Positions 9,213 to 17,410 of a stretch of 64,000 nucleotides of DNA are shown one piece after another. The stretch spans positions 769 to 64,768 of the forward strand of contig CAYQXM010000015.1 in NCBI GenBank assembly GCA_964421295.1. Reading direction: 5' to 3'. The stretch comes from an uncultured Pirellulales bacterium. GTDB taxonomy: Bacteria; Planctomycetota; Phycisphaerae; Sedimentisphaerales; Anaerobacaceae. The notes under the pieces are model-generated. The model was given only the letters and a program-made list of their open reading frames with translations, did not search any database and was not told the DNA's origin. How positions within the stretch are numbered: the stretch's first letter is position 1; every line of letters begins with the position of its first letter. The position numbers and the translations under genes were made by a program.

Positions 9213-10405
9213 TCCAGTGCCTCAAAGAGACTCCCTTCTGCAAGTTCACGAGAGTCGCTGAAGAGCGGTGCCGGGTGCATTGCGTTGGATCGGAGCAACT
9301 CTCCCGCGCCCATCAGGTGTTGAGTCATTGCCTGCCGCGAAGCATCATCTGGTCGCAGAATGTGAGAAGCCCCTTCGTGCCAAACGACAATTCGTAAATG
9401 CTGATCCTCGATCCATTCAGCATCCAGTAGTTCGGGACTGTGTGTCGTGACAATAACCTGCATGGATCGACTGGCATGGCGAATCAAATCGAGAACGGCA
9501 CCTAAGGCACCCGGGTGGATTGTGGCCTCAGGTTCTTCGATAACAAGTACTGAGGGCCGAGGAGACTGAAATACAGCCATTAGAAGGCCTAATGCCCTGA
9601 GCGTGCCATCCGACATGTTGAACGCTTCGAACAACAGTTTCTTGCCGGACGCCCATTCTTGCGTGAACTCAAGCGACAGTTTGTTGCCATGTTTCTTGGG
9701 CTTCACGGATGTAGTGTTGGGCACAATCGACTCTAGAATCTCCTGAACTCTGTCTTTCGTCTTTGAATCGCTACGCCCGATCTCCTGGAGGACACTTGCT
9801 GCATTTCCACCGTCCCTCCGGAGAACAGAACCACTATCTGGGTCCTGCATCTCTCGTAATCTGGAGGGCTCGATGGAGTATACCCGCATAGCACTGAGTG
9901 CCTTTAGGAGAGGCGCAAAGCGTTCATCGCCACCAATGACTGGGAGGGTCAGGGCCGAAGCTTCTACCGAAGGCTTCAGACCCTCAGCGTTCGTCCGAAA
10001 TGACTTCTGGCGGTCGAACCACCATCGTATACCGTCCGCATAGCGAACCTGACATTGCTCTCTGACAACCTCGAACCCATATCCGGGGAGCGCCTTGACT
10101 TCAAACGCAAAACGCCCTCCTTTTACTCTGCCGTTCATCTCACCAAACTCAAAGGCTAATCCTAGGTTTGGGGGATAGCTGCGTCCAGAGCTCCGATTTC
10201 GAACCACAGAAATGCCGCCGCGTCTGTCAAAGACAGCTTGCAGGGGAGAGAGCATTGCTTCCGCCACGAAGCTGAACAAGTCCGCAAAATTGCTTTTGCC
10301 AGCACCGTTCCGCCCAACCAGGAAGACGGGATTGCTGAAATCAACAACGTCCGAAGGGAAACTCCGGAATCGCTTAACAATGACCCTCTTCACAACGCAT
10401 GTCAT
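9209..10405 (-). CDS. ABC/SMC-type ATPase (AAA_15/AAA_21-like)
   Basis: Walker A GRNGAGKSN, ABC signature-like MSDGTLRALGLL, Walker B VLVIEEPEATIHP and H-loop VTTHSP. Hand-sampled lines give 48-53% GC, lower than the neighbours. Confidence 0.8.
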   Translation of the reverse strand: MTCVVKRVIVKRFRSFPSDVVDFSNPVFLVGRNGAGKSNFADLFSFVAEAMLSPLQAVFDRRGGISVVRNRSSGRSYPPNLGLAFEFGEMNGRVKGGRFAFEVKALPGYGFEVVREQCQVRYADGIRWWFDRQKSFRTNAEGLKPSVEASALTLPVIGGDERFAPLLKALSAMRVYSIEPSRLREMQDPDSGSVLRRDGGNAASVLQEIGRSDSKTKDRVQEILESIVPNTTSVKPKKHGNKLSLEFTQEWASGKKLLFEAFNMSDGTLRALGLLMAVFQSPRPSVLVIEEPEATIHPGALGAVLDLIRHASRSMQVIVTTHSPELLDAEWIEDQHLRIVVWHEGASHILRPDDASRQAMTQHLMGAGELLRSNAMHPAPLFSDSRELAEGSLFEALE

Positions 10406-10632
10406 GTTTCACCTTAGCACAGCTAGGGGGTGCATGCCTAACAACGGTCTTCGTTTATTTATAGAATAGTGCCCTTGCGATAGAAAAGCCAGTGCCAGTG
10501 TAAGATGATTTCAATTCCCTCGTTCTGTGCTCCGCAAGAGGCGACAACGTGGGTCTGTCGTTATCTGTCCCAAGTCACGACGACGCCCGCAATTCGGCGA
10601 GAATCAAATCCCAAATCCGGAACGGGACGGTG

Positions 10633-11835
10633 TCAGGTATTTCTTTCTCGCGGGAAGAACGGTCTGATGTCGCCGTTGCCGATGAGGCTGTTCAGGATTG
10701 TGAAGTTGCCGGTCTCGTAGCGGATGCGACCGGCGGGGATGGCGGGGTTGATGTGGAGTTCTTCCGCGAACTTCTTCACCCTTGCAGGTTCGGGATTGGT
10801 GACCAGTCCGGCGGCACGCCAGAGTTTGCCGGGGATGAGCCCGTTGCGCGCCATTCGGTCCGCTTCCTGCTCCTGGATGGACAAGTCGGACACATTCAAG
10901 TCATCGAAGAAACTCTGATCTACACCGACGTGCAAGTGCTTCGCCACATGAGCGATCTCGTGCGCCAGCGTGAACCAGAAATTGTCCGATCGGTCAAATC
11001 TCAGCGTCAGGGCAATCAAGGGCTTCCCATCCGGCATGAGCATGGCCGCCCCGTCAAGATAGGTGTTGGGCAGGTGCGATTCGATGACAAGATAGATACC
11101 ACACTTACTGAGAAGTTCCTTCGCCAGCAATGGCCCCCGGTCAAAGTAACTCAGCTTCGCTATCTCACGAATCAAGTCCCGGCCGACGGAGTCGGGCTCG
11201 TAGTCACTGACACTCTGCGATCGAGCCAGGTGCATGACACGTAGCCGCCATGCCAAGAGCGCATACGTGTCGGTAGCTCCCCCTTGGCGCACATGCTGAC
11301 GCATGCGCGCCGGTATGAGAAGCTCATCGCCAAATGGCTGAATGAACGACCTCATGATCTTCTCCGCGCACGCCCTGGCTTCCCGCACGGTGCCCTTGAA
11401 ACTGATCCATTCCCGCTTCAGCATATCGGCAATCGGAAACCGATCCCACTCCAGGGTCTGCTCCGAGAGAGTCACGGCTTCGGGGTCGCCGATGAGCACT
11501 TCCGCCGGAATGCCCAGACCGCGATGCAGATTCCTGATCATAGACAGGCTGAGTTGACGCTTGCCGGCCAACACCTCGGACACTTTGCTGGCGCTCCCGA
11601 TGAACGGGATCAGATCCTTCTGGCGCAGTCTCTGCTGCTCCATACGGAATTTCAGGGCTTCCAGAGGATCAGGCATCTCAATAGGATAATGTTGCTCCTC
11701 ATATACCGAGACCAGCGTCGTCCACAAATCAAGCTCTTCGCCCTCGGGCGTATCGGGCTCGGCATCCATGAGCTGCGTGATGCGGGCCAGAGCCGTCTCA
11801 TACTCTGCTTCGGTATGGATCGTTTTGGGCTTCAT
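10633..11835 (-). CDS. higA: HigA-type HTH antitoxin fused to an ImmA/IrrE-family Zn-metallopeptidase domain
   Basis: HigA-like N-terminus and HTH (LRQKDLIPFIGSASKVSEVLAGKRQLSLSMIRNLHRGLGIP). C-terminal HExxH motif LAHEIAHVAKH. ATG at 11835 overlaps the higB TGA by 1 nt; the track start at 11838 is a TTG. Confidence 0.8.
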   Translation of the reverse strand: MKPKTIHTEAEYETALARITQLMDAEPDTPEGEELDLWTTLVSVYEEQHYPIEMPDPLEALKFRMEQQRLRQKDLIPFIGSASKVSEVLAGKRQLSLSMIRNLHRGLGIPAEVLIGDPEAVTLSEQTLEWDRFPIADMLKREWISFKGTVREARACAEKIMRSFIQPFGDELLIPARMRQHVRQGGATDTYALLAWRLRVMHLARSQSVSDYEPDSVGRDLIREIAKLSYFDRGPLLAKELLSKCGIYLVIESHLPNTYLDGAAMLMPDGKPLIALTLRFDRSDNFWFTLAHEIAHVAKHLHVGVDQSFFDDLNVSDLSIQEQEADRMARNGLIPGKLWRAAGLVTNPEPARVKKFAEELHINPAIPAGRIRYETGNFTILNSLIGNGDIRPFFPRERNT

Positions 11836-12128
11836 CAAACAGTCTCCACGTTGATTCTATCGTACTCCGTGTGAGTACCCATATAACGGACTTGTGCAAT
11901 GCCCAGGCCGTAGTTCAACTTCACCACGAGCCGGTATTTGTTGCCGCAGATGTTGAACACCACCCTGTTGCCTCCGACGATGCTCGCGCTGCCGAACTTG
12001 GCCTTCACCTCGTTGGGCGAATGCCATCGGGCATTCTTGACCTCTGCGTGCCACGCTCTCAGTGCTTGCTCGCAATCAGGATACTTCCTGCGAAACGCGT
12101 CCAAAACACTCTTGCCAACAAGCCGCAT
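11835..12128 (-). CDS. higB: HigB-family type II toxin (mRNA interferase)
   Basis: MRLVGKSVLDAFRRKYPDCEQALRAWHAEVKNARWHSPNEVKAKFGSASIVGGNRVVFNICGNKYRLVVKLNY is typical of the HigB toxin family. I prefer ATG at 12128 (AAGGGA upstream) over the longer track ORF. Confidence 0.8.
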   Translation of the reverse strand: MRLVGKSVLDAFRRKYPDCEQALRAWHAEVKNARWHSPNEVKAKFGSASIVGGNRVVFNICGNKYRLVVKLNYGLGIAQVRYMGTHTEYDRINVETV

Positions 12129-12143
12129 TTCATTATTCCCTTT

Positions 12144-12185
12144 TTGGGAACTCCTGTCAATAGAATATACATAATATTGGGAACT
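12144..12185 (-). promoter_or_regulatory. AT-rich promoter region flanked by direct repeats ttgggaact (candidate HigA operator)
   Basis: ttgggaact occurs at 12144-12152 and 12177-12185. The repeats bracket tcctgtcaatagaatatacataata; the minus strand carries TTGACA and AT-rich -10 candidates. Confidence 0.35.
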
Positions 12186-12469
12186 TTTGTTCGCTGCGGT
12201 TGCCGAAAACCACCGACCGTCAGTATGACATGTGTAACCTCCCGCAAATCCAAGACATACGAGAGCATCCCACAGCAATACCACTGCCGATCATCTGGCA
12301 GAGACTGAGGATTGCGAACAGTCCCCTACTTCCGGCCTTGATCGATTCCATGCCTCCAAAACCGTCGCGCTCAAACCATATGGACCATTGTAGAGAAGGG
12401 GCTTGTCGGAGGCAAAGGGAAAAGGGGAGAAGTGACAAGAGACAGGCAACATGAGTAACGGTCCAGCAG

Positions 12470-12796
12470 TCAGTGGCCGGCCTTCTCGTGGAGGCAATAA
12501 AACACGAGGATGGCGGCGGGGAGGAAGAGCAGGAGCCAACCCATCAATTTGACGGCCCAGCCGGGGGAAGTCGAGGAGACCAGTCCGCACTTGGCACCGA
12601 CCAGGCCCTCGCCCAATTCGTCGCCCCACCAGATGCACCCGATACTGAGCGCCAGCCAGAAGCCCGCGCCCAACAGACCCTCAAAGAGGTCCTTAGGAGA
12701 CATCGGCTCCGAGGAGGGGCCGGTCAGGAAACAGGCGACCGCGATCACCGCGTAGATAACCACCACCGCTAACGAAATCCACCGCGAGATATCCAT
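12470..12796 (-). CDS. Small integral membrane protein (3 predicted TM segments)
   Basis: MDISRWISLAVVVIYAVIAVACFL... Hydrophobic segments alternate with short loops. Confidence 0.5.
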   Translation of the reverse strand: MDISRWISLAVVVIYAVIAVACFLTGPSSEPMSPKDLFEGLLGAGFWLALSIGCIWWGDELGEGLVGAKCGLVSSTSPGWAVKLMGWLLLFLPAAILVFYCLHEKAGH

Positions 12797-13001
12797 ATCA
12801 GTGAGAAAGTGACAGTCACTTGTTCCGGTTCTTGGTCAATTCGGTGCCTCCAAGACCGCCATGCTCAATACCACCACCCCTATTGTAGCGGACGGGCCTG
12901 CGGGAGGCAATCTGTTCCTGCGCGTGCCAAAAGCACTTGACGTCGTCGGTGGACCATGGGACAATGTAGTCACATGATTGCTCTGTGTTGGAGGCTCGGA
13001 A

Positions 13002-13331
13002 ATGGCAGGTCAGAAGAAGACGCAAGGGTTCAAGTGGTATTGGCTCCTCGATTTCGCTCCGTTCTTCAGTATCCTGTACCCGTTACACCTTGCGCTCATT
13101 CATACCCTTGGCCTCTTTTGGCGAGGCCGGGTTCTGTTCTTCGCTGCCTTTGCTCCCTTCGTCCTCGTTGTCTACGTCATGCAGTTCCGCGTGAGGAAGC
13201 GCATCGACGCCCATGCGGTTCCCGCCCCTCTATACTTCACGTTGTTCTGGATGATCGTTTTTGTCGTGGAAGTCCTGCTGAGGGATCTGGTGTTGGATAC
13301 GTCCACCTACATTTGGGGCAGCGTCAAATGA
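13002..13331 (+). CDS. Small integral membrane protein
   Basis: ATG at 13002 follows GGAGG. Contains several hydrophobic helices (FAPFFSILYPLHLALIH, VLFFAAFAPFVLVVYVM, LYFTLFWMIVFVV). Confidence 0.5.
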   Translation: MAGQKKTQGFKWYWLLDFAPFFSILYPLHLALIHTLGLFWRGRVLFFAAFAPFVLVVYVMQFRVRKRIDAHAVPAPLYFTLFWMIVFVVEVLLRDLVLDTSTYIWGSVK

Positions 13332-13484
13332 CTCTCGCCTGGCGGAAGGTATCCGCGTCTGCGCTGCCACGCAGCTTCCCTTGACACCGCCGGATAAAAG
13401 GCCTACAATAGTCGTAAATTGCAGGTGGACGGTGGTCTGGCGGGAGCACTGTCGCAACGAAGCTTTCTAACGGGAGGATCGATC

Positions 13485-14558
13485 ATGCACATCGGGCTGG
13501 GCAGCGCACAGCGAGTGACAATCGTCGCCATTCTTCTTCTGGGTTCGGGCGCGGGGTGGGCGCAGACGGTCACCTCGGCCTCGTTCGGCAAGACGGCGGG
13601 CGGGGTGGACGTGACGTGTTACACGTTGACCAACGCACACGGCCTCAAGGCGAAGGTGATCGAGTATGGGGCCACGCTGATCGCGCTGGAGGTGCCCGAC
13701 CGCGACGGCAAGCTCGCCAATATCGTACGCGGCTACGATAATCTGGCCTCGTACGTCTCGAACGCCTGGGTCGGCTCGACCGTCGGGCGCTACGCCAATC
13801 GCATCGCCAACGCCAGATTCACGCTGGACGGCATCGAGTACCGCCTCACCGCCAACTCCGGGGGCCACCAGCTCCACGGCGGCAGCGTGAAGGGCTTCCA
13901 CAACGTCGTCTGGCACGGCTATCCCTACCAGACCGAGGCGGAGGCCGGCGTGCGCCTGACGCACGAGAGTCTCGACGGCGAAGAGGGCTACCCGGGCAAC
14001 CTCACCGTCACGGTGACTTACGCGCTGACCAACGACAACGAGCTGCGTATCGACTACGGCGCCACGACGGACAAGCCCACCGTCATCAACCTGACGAACC
14101 ACAGCTACTTCAATCTCGCCGGCTACGGCACGGGTGACATCCTCGCCCACGAGATCATGATCAACGCCAACTGGTACACCGCCGCGTCGGCGGACAAGAT
14201 CCCGACGGGCGAGATCCTCACCGTCAGCGGCGGGCTGGATCTCCGCACGCCGCGGCTCGTCGGTTCCGTGATCTCGAGCGTGAATCGGGAGCAGCAGTAC
14301 GACCACAACTACGTCCTGAACCGCACGTACGGCGCGTTGGTCCTCGCGGCGAGCGCCTACGATGGGAAGAGCGGACGGCTGATGGAGTGCTACACCGATC
14401 AGCCGGGGATGCAGTTCTATACGGGCGACAAGTCGGCCTTCTGCTTCGAGACGCAGCACTTCCCCGATTCCCCGAACAAGCCGCACTTCCCCTCGACCGA
14501 GCTGCGTCCCGGCGGCAAGTTCGAAAGCACCACCGTCTGCAAGTTCTCCACGAAATAG
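13485..14558 (+). CDS. galM: Aldose 1-epimerase (galactose mutarotase), secreted
   Basis: Signal peptide MHIGLGSAQRVTIVAILLLGSGAGWAQT. Mutarotase motifs GRYANRIANARFTLDG..Y.L..N.G.HQLHGG and INLTNHSYFNL. ATG at 13485 follows GGGAGGA. Confidence 0.88.
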   Translation: MHIGLGSAQRVTIVAILLLGSGAGWAQTVTSASFGKTAGGVDVTCYTLTNAHGLKAKVIEYGATLIALEVPDRDGKLANIVRGYDNLASYVSNAWVGSTVGRYANRIANARFTLDGIEYRLTANSGGHQLHGGSVKGFHNVVWHGYPYQTEAEAGVRLTHESLDGEEGYPGNLTVTVTYALTNDNELRIDYGATTDKPTVINLTNHSYFNLAGYGTGDILAHEIMINANWYTAASADKIPTGEILTVSGGLDLRTPRLVGSVISSVNREQQYDHNYVLNRTYGALVLAASAYDGKSGRLMECYTDQPGMQFYTGDKSAFCFETQHFPDSPNKPHFPSTELRPGGKFESTTVCKFSTK

Positions 14559-14567
14559 CAGGAAAAC

Positions 14568-16040
14568 TCAGGGATAGGCGTACCAGGCGACCGATTCGTA
14601 CGTCCAGACGTCGGGATAGAGGTCGATCAGCTTGTCACGCTCGCCGGCGGAGACGGTATAGAAGTGGTGGCCAAGCATGTCCGACCAGAACCGGTAGACG
14701 GGCTGGGCCTCGGCAGGACGCTCGTCTTCGGCGTAGACGTAATAGACCGCGCCTTCATCCTCCCAGACATCCGCATAGAGGTCGATCAGCTTGTCGCGTT
14801 CCGTCGCATCGATGGTGTAGAAGTGCCCGCCCAGCGCATCGGACCAGAACCGGTAGACCGGGGCCGTCCCCGCCGGCTGGTCTCCGGGGGCATAGGCATA
14901 GAAGGCGGGACCTTCATACTCCCAGACATCCGGATAGAGGTTGATCAGCTTGTCACGCTCCGCGATGTCGATGGTATAGAAGTGCCCGCCCAGGATGTCG
15001 GACCAGAAGCGGTACACGGGGGACAGCGGATGCGGATCGTCCACGGCCAGCGTGAAGTCGACCTTCACGTTCGATTGCGCAATCGTGGCGGAACGCTCGA
15101 TGACGTGGGGCGACAGTTCGCCGCCGCCCGCGGTCAGGGCGTACGTGCCCGCCGGCAGCGCGAGGCGGTAGCCGCCGCTCGACCAGGTGGTGGTCTGAAA
15201 CGTGGCCCCATCGGCGGCGCGCGTCGCGGTGATGGTCACGCCCTCGAGGCCTTCGCCCGGCGTGTAGAAGGAGTCCTCCGTTACGAGGGTGTCGTTGTAC
15301 ACCACGCCCGTCAGGAAGGCGGCGACGCCCGCGGTGGTCGTGTACGCGAAGTCCTCGGTGATCATCTCCGCGTTGTAGCCCGAGAAAGCGCCCAGGATGA
15401 TCCCGGGTCCGATCTCGCGGAAGCTCGCATTCATCAGATTCACGCGATGTCCCCGGCCGGTGACACCCGCATCGACGAAGAATCCCTCGTGCTGCTCGGC
15501 AGTAACGGTGAGTACGTCGAATGAGGGCGCGGTGGTGCCGGACCAGGAGATGTTCTCGCCCCAGCCGGCCGGAGCCTGGAAGGTGTAACCCGCCGCGGTC
15601 ATGCGGTCGCCCGGCGCGGAGCCGGAGGCGCCGGTGTGGCTGAAGGTGTCGGTGTCGATCATCCACTGGCTGTGCGCGCGGGCCGCGTCCAGAAGGTTCG
15701 GGTTCAGGGCCAGCGGCGGCTTGGGCGCGGACGAAATCGTGCCGGGCGCCAGTCCTTCATTCAGATCGATGCCGTATCGCGCCGCCTCCGCCGTCGGATT
15801 GGCGCGCGCCCGGTTGATCAACTCCAGCAGGTACTGCTCGTAGTCGTTCGGCGCCGCGGCCCTACTGTCGGGCACCGCGACCATCGCCACCAGGAACATC
15901 ACGAACACCGGGAGAGTCCGGCCGGATCGCACTGCTCTCGTCCCGGCTTTTCCCCCCAACCCATTCAGAATGCAGTGAAACAATCCACTCTCCTCTGTAC
16001 TCACACCATTTCTTATGGTACCCGATGCGGGATAGGCCAT
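14568..16040 (-). CDS. Secreted CAP/SCP-domain protein with three C-terminal ~48-aa repeats (DUF5648-like)
   Basis: CAP-domain context LINRARANP...LLDAARAHSQWM...FSHTG...GENISW. The repeat PVYRFWSD.LGGHFYT....ERDKLI.LY.DVW.YEG is present 3 times at the C-terminus. The start is uncertain. Confidence 0.7.
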   Translation of the reverse strand: MAYPASGTIRNGVSTEESGLFHCILNGLGGKAGTRAVRSGRTLPVFVMFLVAMVAVPDSRAAAPNDYEQYLLELINRARANPTAEAARYGIDLNEGLAPGTISSAPKPPLALNPNLLDAARAHSQWMIDTDTFSHTGASGSAPGDRMTAAGYTFQAPAGWGENISWSGTTAPSFDVLTVTAEQHEGFFVDAGVTGRGHRVNLMNASFREIGPGIILGAFSGYNAEMITEDFAYTTTAGVAAFLTGVVYNDTLVTEDSFYTPGEGLEGVTITATRAADGATFQTTTWSSGGYRLALPAGTYALTAGGGELSPHVIERSATIAQSNVKVDFTLAVDDPHPLSPVYRFWSDILGGHFYTIDIAERDKLINLYPDVWEYEGPAFYAYAPGDQPAGTAPVYRFWSDALGGHFYTIDATERDKLIDLYADVWEDEGAVYYVYAEDERPAEAQPVYRFWSDMLGHHFYTVSAGERDKLIDLYPDVWTYESVAWYAYP

Positions 16041-16257
16041 CCGCCTCCGGCAACAGGTACCTGGGGATCCCTCCTAGATCATGCTAATGGATTCCTTATA
16101 CTCCAAATCACTTCCATTGTCTCCCCCAAAACGCGGTAAATAGGACCGGATGCACACGCGGTACTGGGAGAATACTCCGGCCGTCGGGCGTCGGCAGCAG
16201 CCGTAGAGACGCAAGATCCTACGTCTCTCTTACGGCCTGCGAAGAGAATATGGCGTA

Positions 16258-16479
16258 TCAGGCGGAAAGAGAGGTTGTCCCGTTTTTGATGGGGGTTTCG
16301 TCGGGAACGACGATGCGAAACGTGCTGCCTTTGCCCGGCGCACTTCTGAGGGTCATCCGCCCACCCAGCAATTCCGCCCGCTCGCGAATGCTCAGCAGAC
16401 CGAAGCCGACGACTTCTCTGACGGCCTCAGGGTCGAACCCCCGGCCGCCTCGTGCTACGTAGCGCAGCCGCGGCGTCAA
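16258..16479 (-). pseudogene. Orphan C-terminal fragment of a sensor histidine kinase (HATPase_c G2 box only)
   Basis: GRGFDPEAVREVVGFGLLSIRERAELLGGRMTLRSAPGKGSTFRIVVP matches the last ~50 aa of NarX/LiaS-type kinases. No H-box or N-box lies upstream in frame. Confidence 0.6.
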
Positions 16480-16533
16480 GCAGGGCCTTCCCGGCGGGCG
16501 CGTTTTTCCCGTCGGGACGGGCGGCGCTCGGGC

Positions 16534-17223
16534 CTAGCGGACGGAAATGACCGCTGTATTGGCAATGCGATCATGCCAGCCGCGGGGCCGGCCTTTTTGG
16601 CCGAAGAAGGTGAGCCACTCGAAAGGTATGAAGCGACAGAGGGATCGGCAGAGAACCTGGCCCAGAGAGGGAGCCGTGCCATTCACGCTGACCACCTTGG
16701 TGCCCATGATCCATTTCCCCACGGTTCGGCCGCAGACAGCTTCCTGGAGGGAGTAATAGGCCAGGTAGATGATCGTCCCCAGCACCAGGGGATTCATGTC
16801 CAGAATGAATTCTGCCTGCCCCGTGACACCCATGGTGAAGCCGATCATGAAGCCGAACACGCGGCAGAAGACGATATCCAGCAGGAGCGTGCCGAAGCGT
16901 TGGACGGTCGAAGCCACGACCGGCGTCGGCGCCGGCTGAGGCGCCGCCGGGCAGGGACGCGGGTCATAGACCGAGGGCTGCTCGAAGGAGAGCGCGGTCC
17001 GCGTCGGCGCTTCCGCCGACAGAACGGCGGTCGCCTGGACGGCGCCTTGCTCTTCCTGCGGTGGGACGGCCGCCGCCTGCTCGCTGAGGCGTGCCCGCCG
17101 CGCTCGGCCCGAGGTTTCCTGCGGTGCCGCTTCCACCCACTCACCGCAGTGCATGCACTTCATGGCGGTGGCGCTGATTTCGCCCTTACAGAACGGACAA
17201 GTCCTGGACCCTTCGTTGCTCAT
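16534..17223 (-). CDS. Zinc-ribbon + RDD-family membrane protein
   Basis: CPFCKGEISATAMKCMHCGEWV zinc ribbon, a Pro/Ala-rich linker, and a C-terminal RDD-like TM domain (LLLDIVFCRVFGF...GRTVGKWIMGTKVV...WHDRIANTAVI). I prefer ATG at 17223. Confidence 0.7.
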   Translation of the reverse strand: MSNEGSRTCPFCKGEISATAMKCMHCGEWVEAAPQETSGRARRARLSEQAAAVPPQEEQGAVQATAVLSAEAPTRTALSFEQPSVYDPRPCPAAPQPAPTPVVASTVQRFGTLLLDIVFCRVFGFMIGFTMGVTGQAEFILDMNPLVLGTIIYLAYYSLQEAVCGRTVGKWIMGTKVVSVNGTAPSLGQVLCRSLCRFIPFEWLTFFGQKGRPRGWHDRIANTAVISVR

Positions 17224-17410
17224 AGATGGCCTCCCAATCTCGGACAACTGCACGGTCGGACAGGGACTGTCCCCCTCCGGCAAATAGCAGCGGTCCCCTG
17301 CTGGCGCTCCCATCGGCAGAAATAGGACGTGACTTTAGCGCGCAGTGACCTGCCGGGGAAGATCGGAAGAGCCGATCAGACGAGACAGACGATTATCCGA
17401 CCCCTCTTGT

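Noticed and set aside
12816-13025. 69-aa minus-strand ORF
   Set aside because: It has no RBS or recognisable motif, and it overlaps the better-supported divergent membrane-protein gene start region. I left it unannotated.
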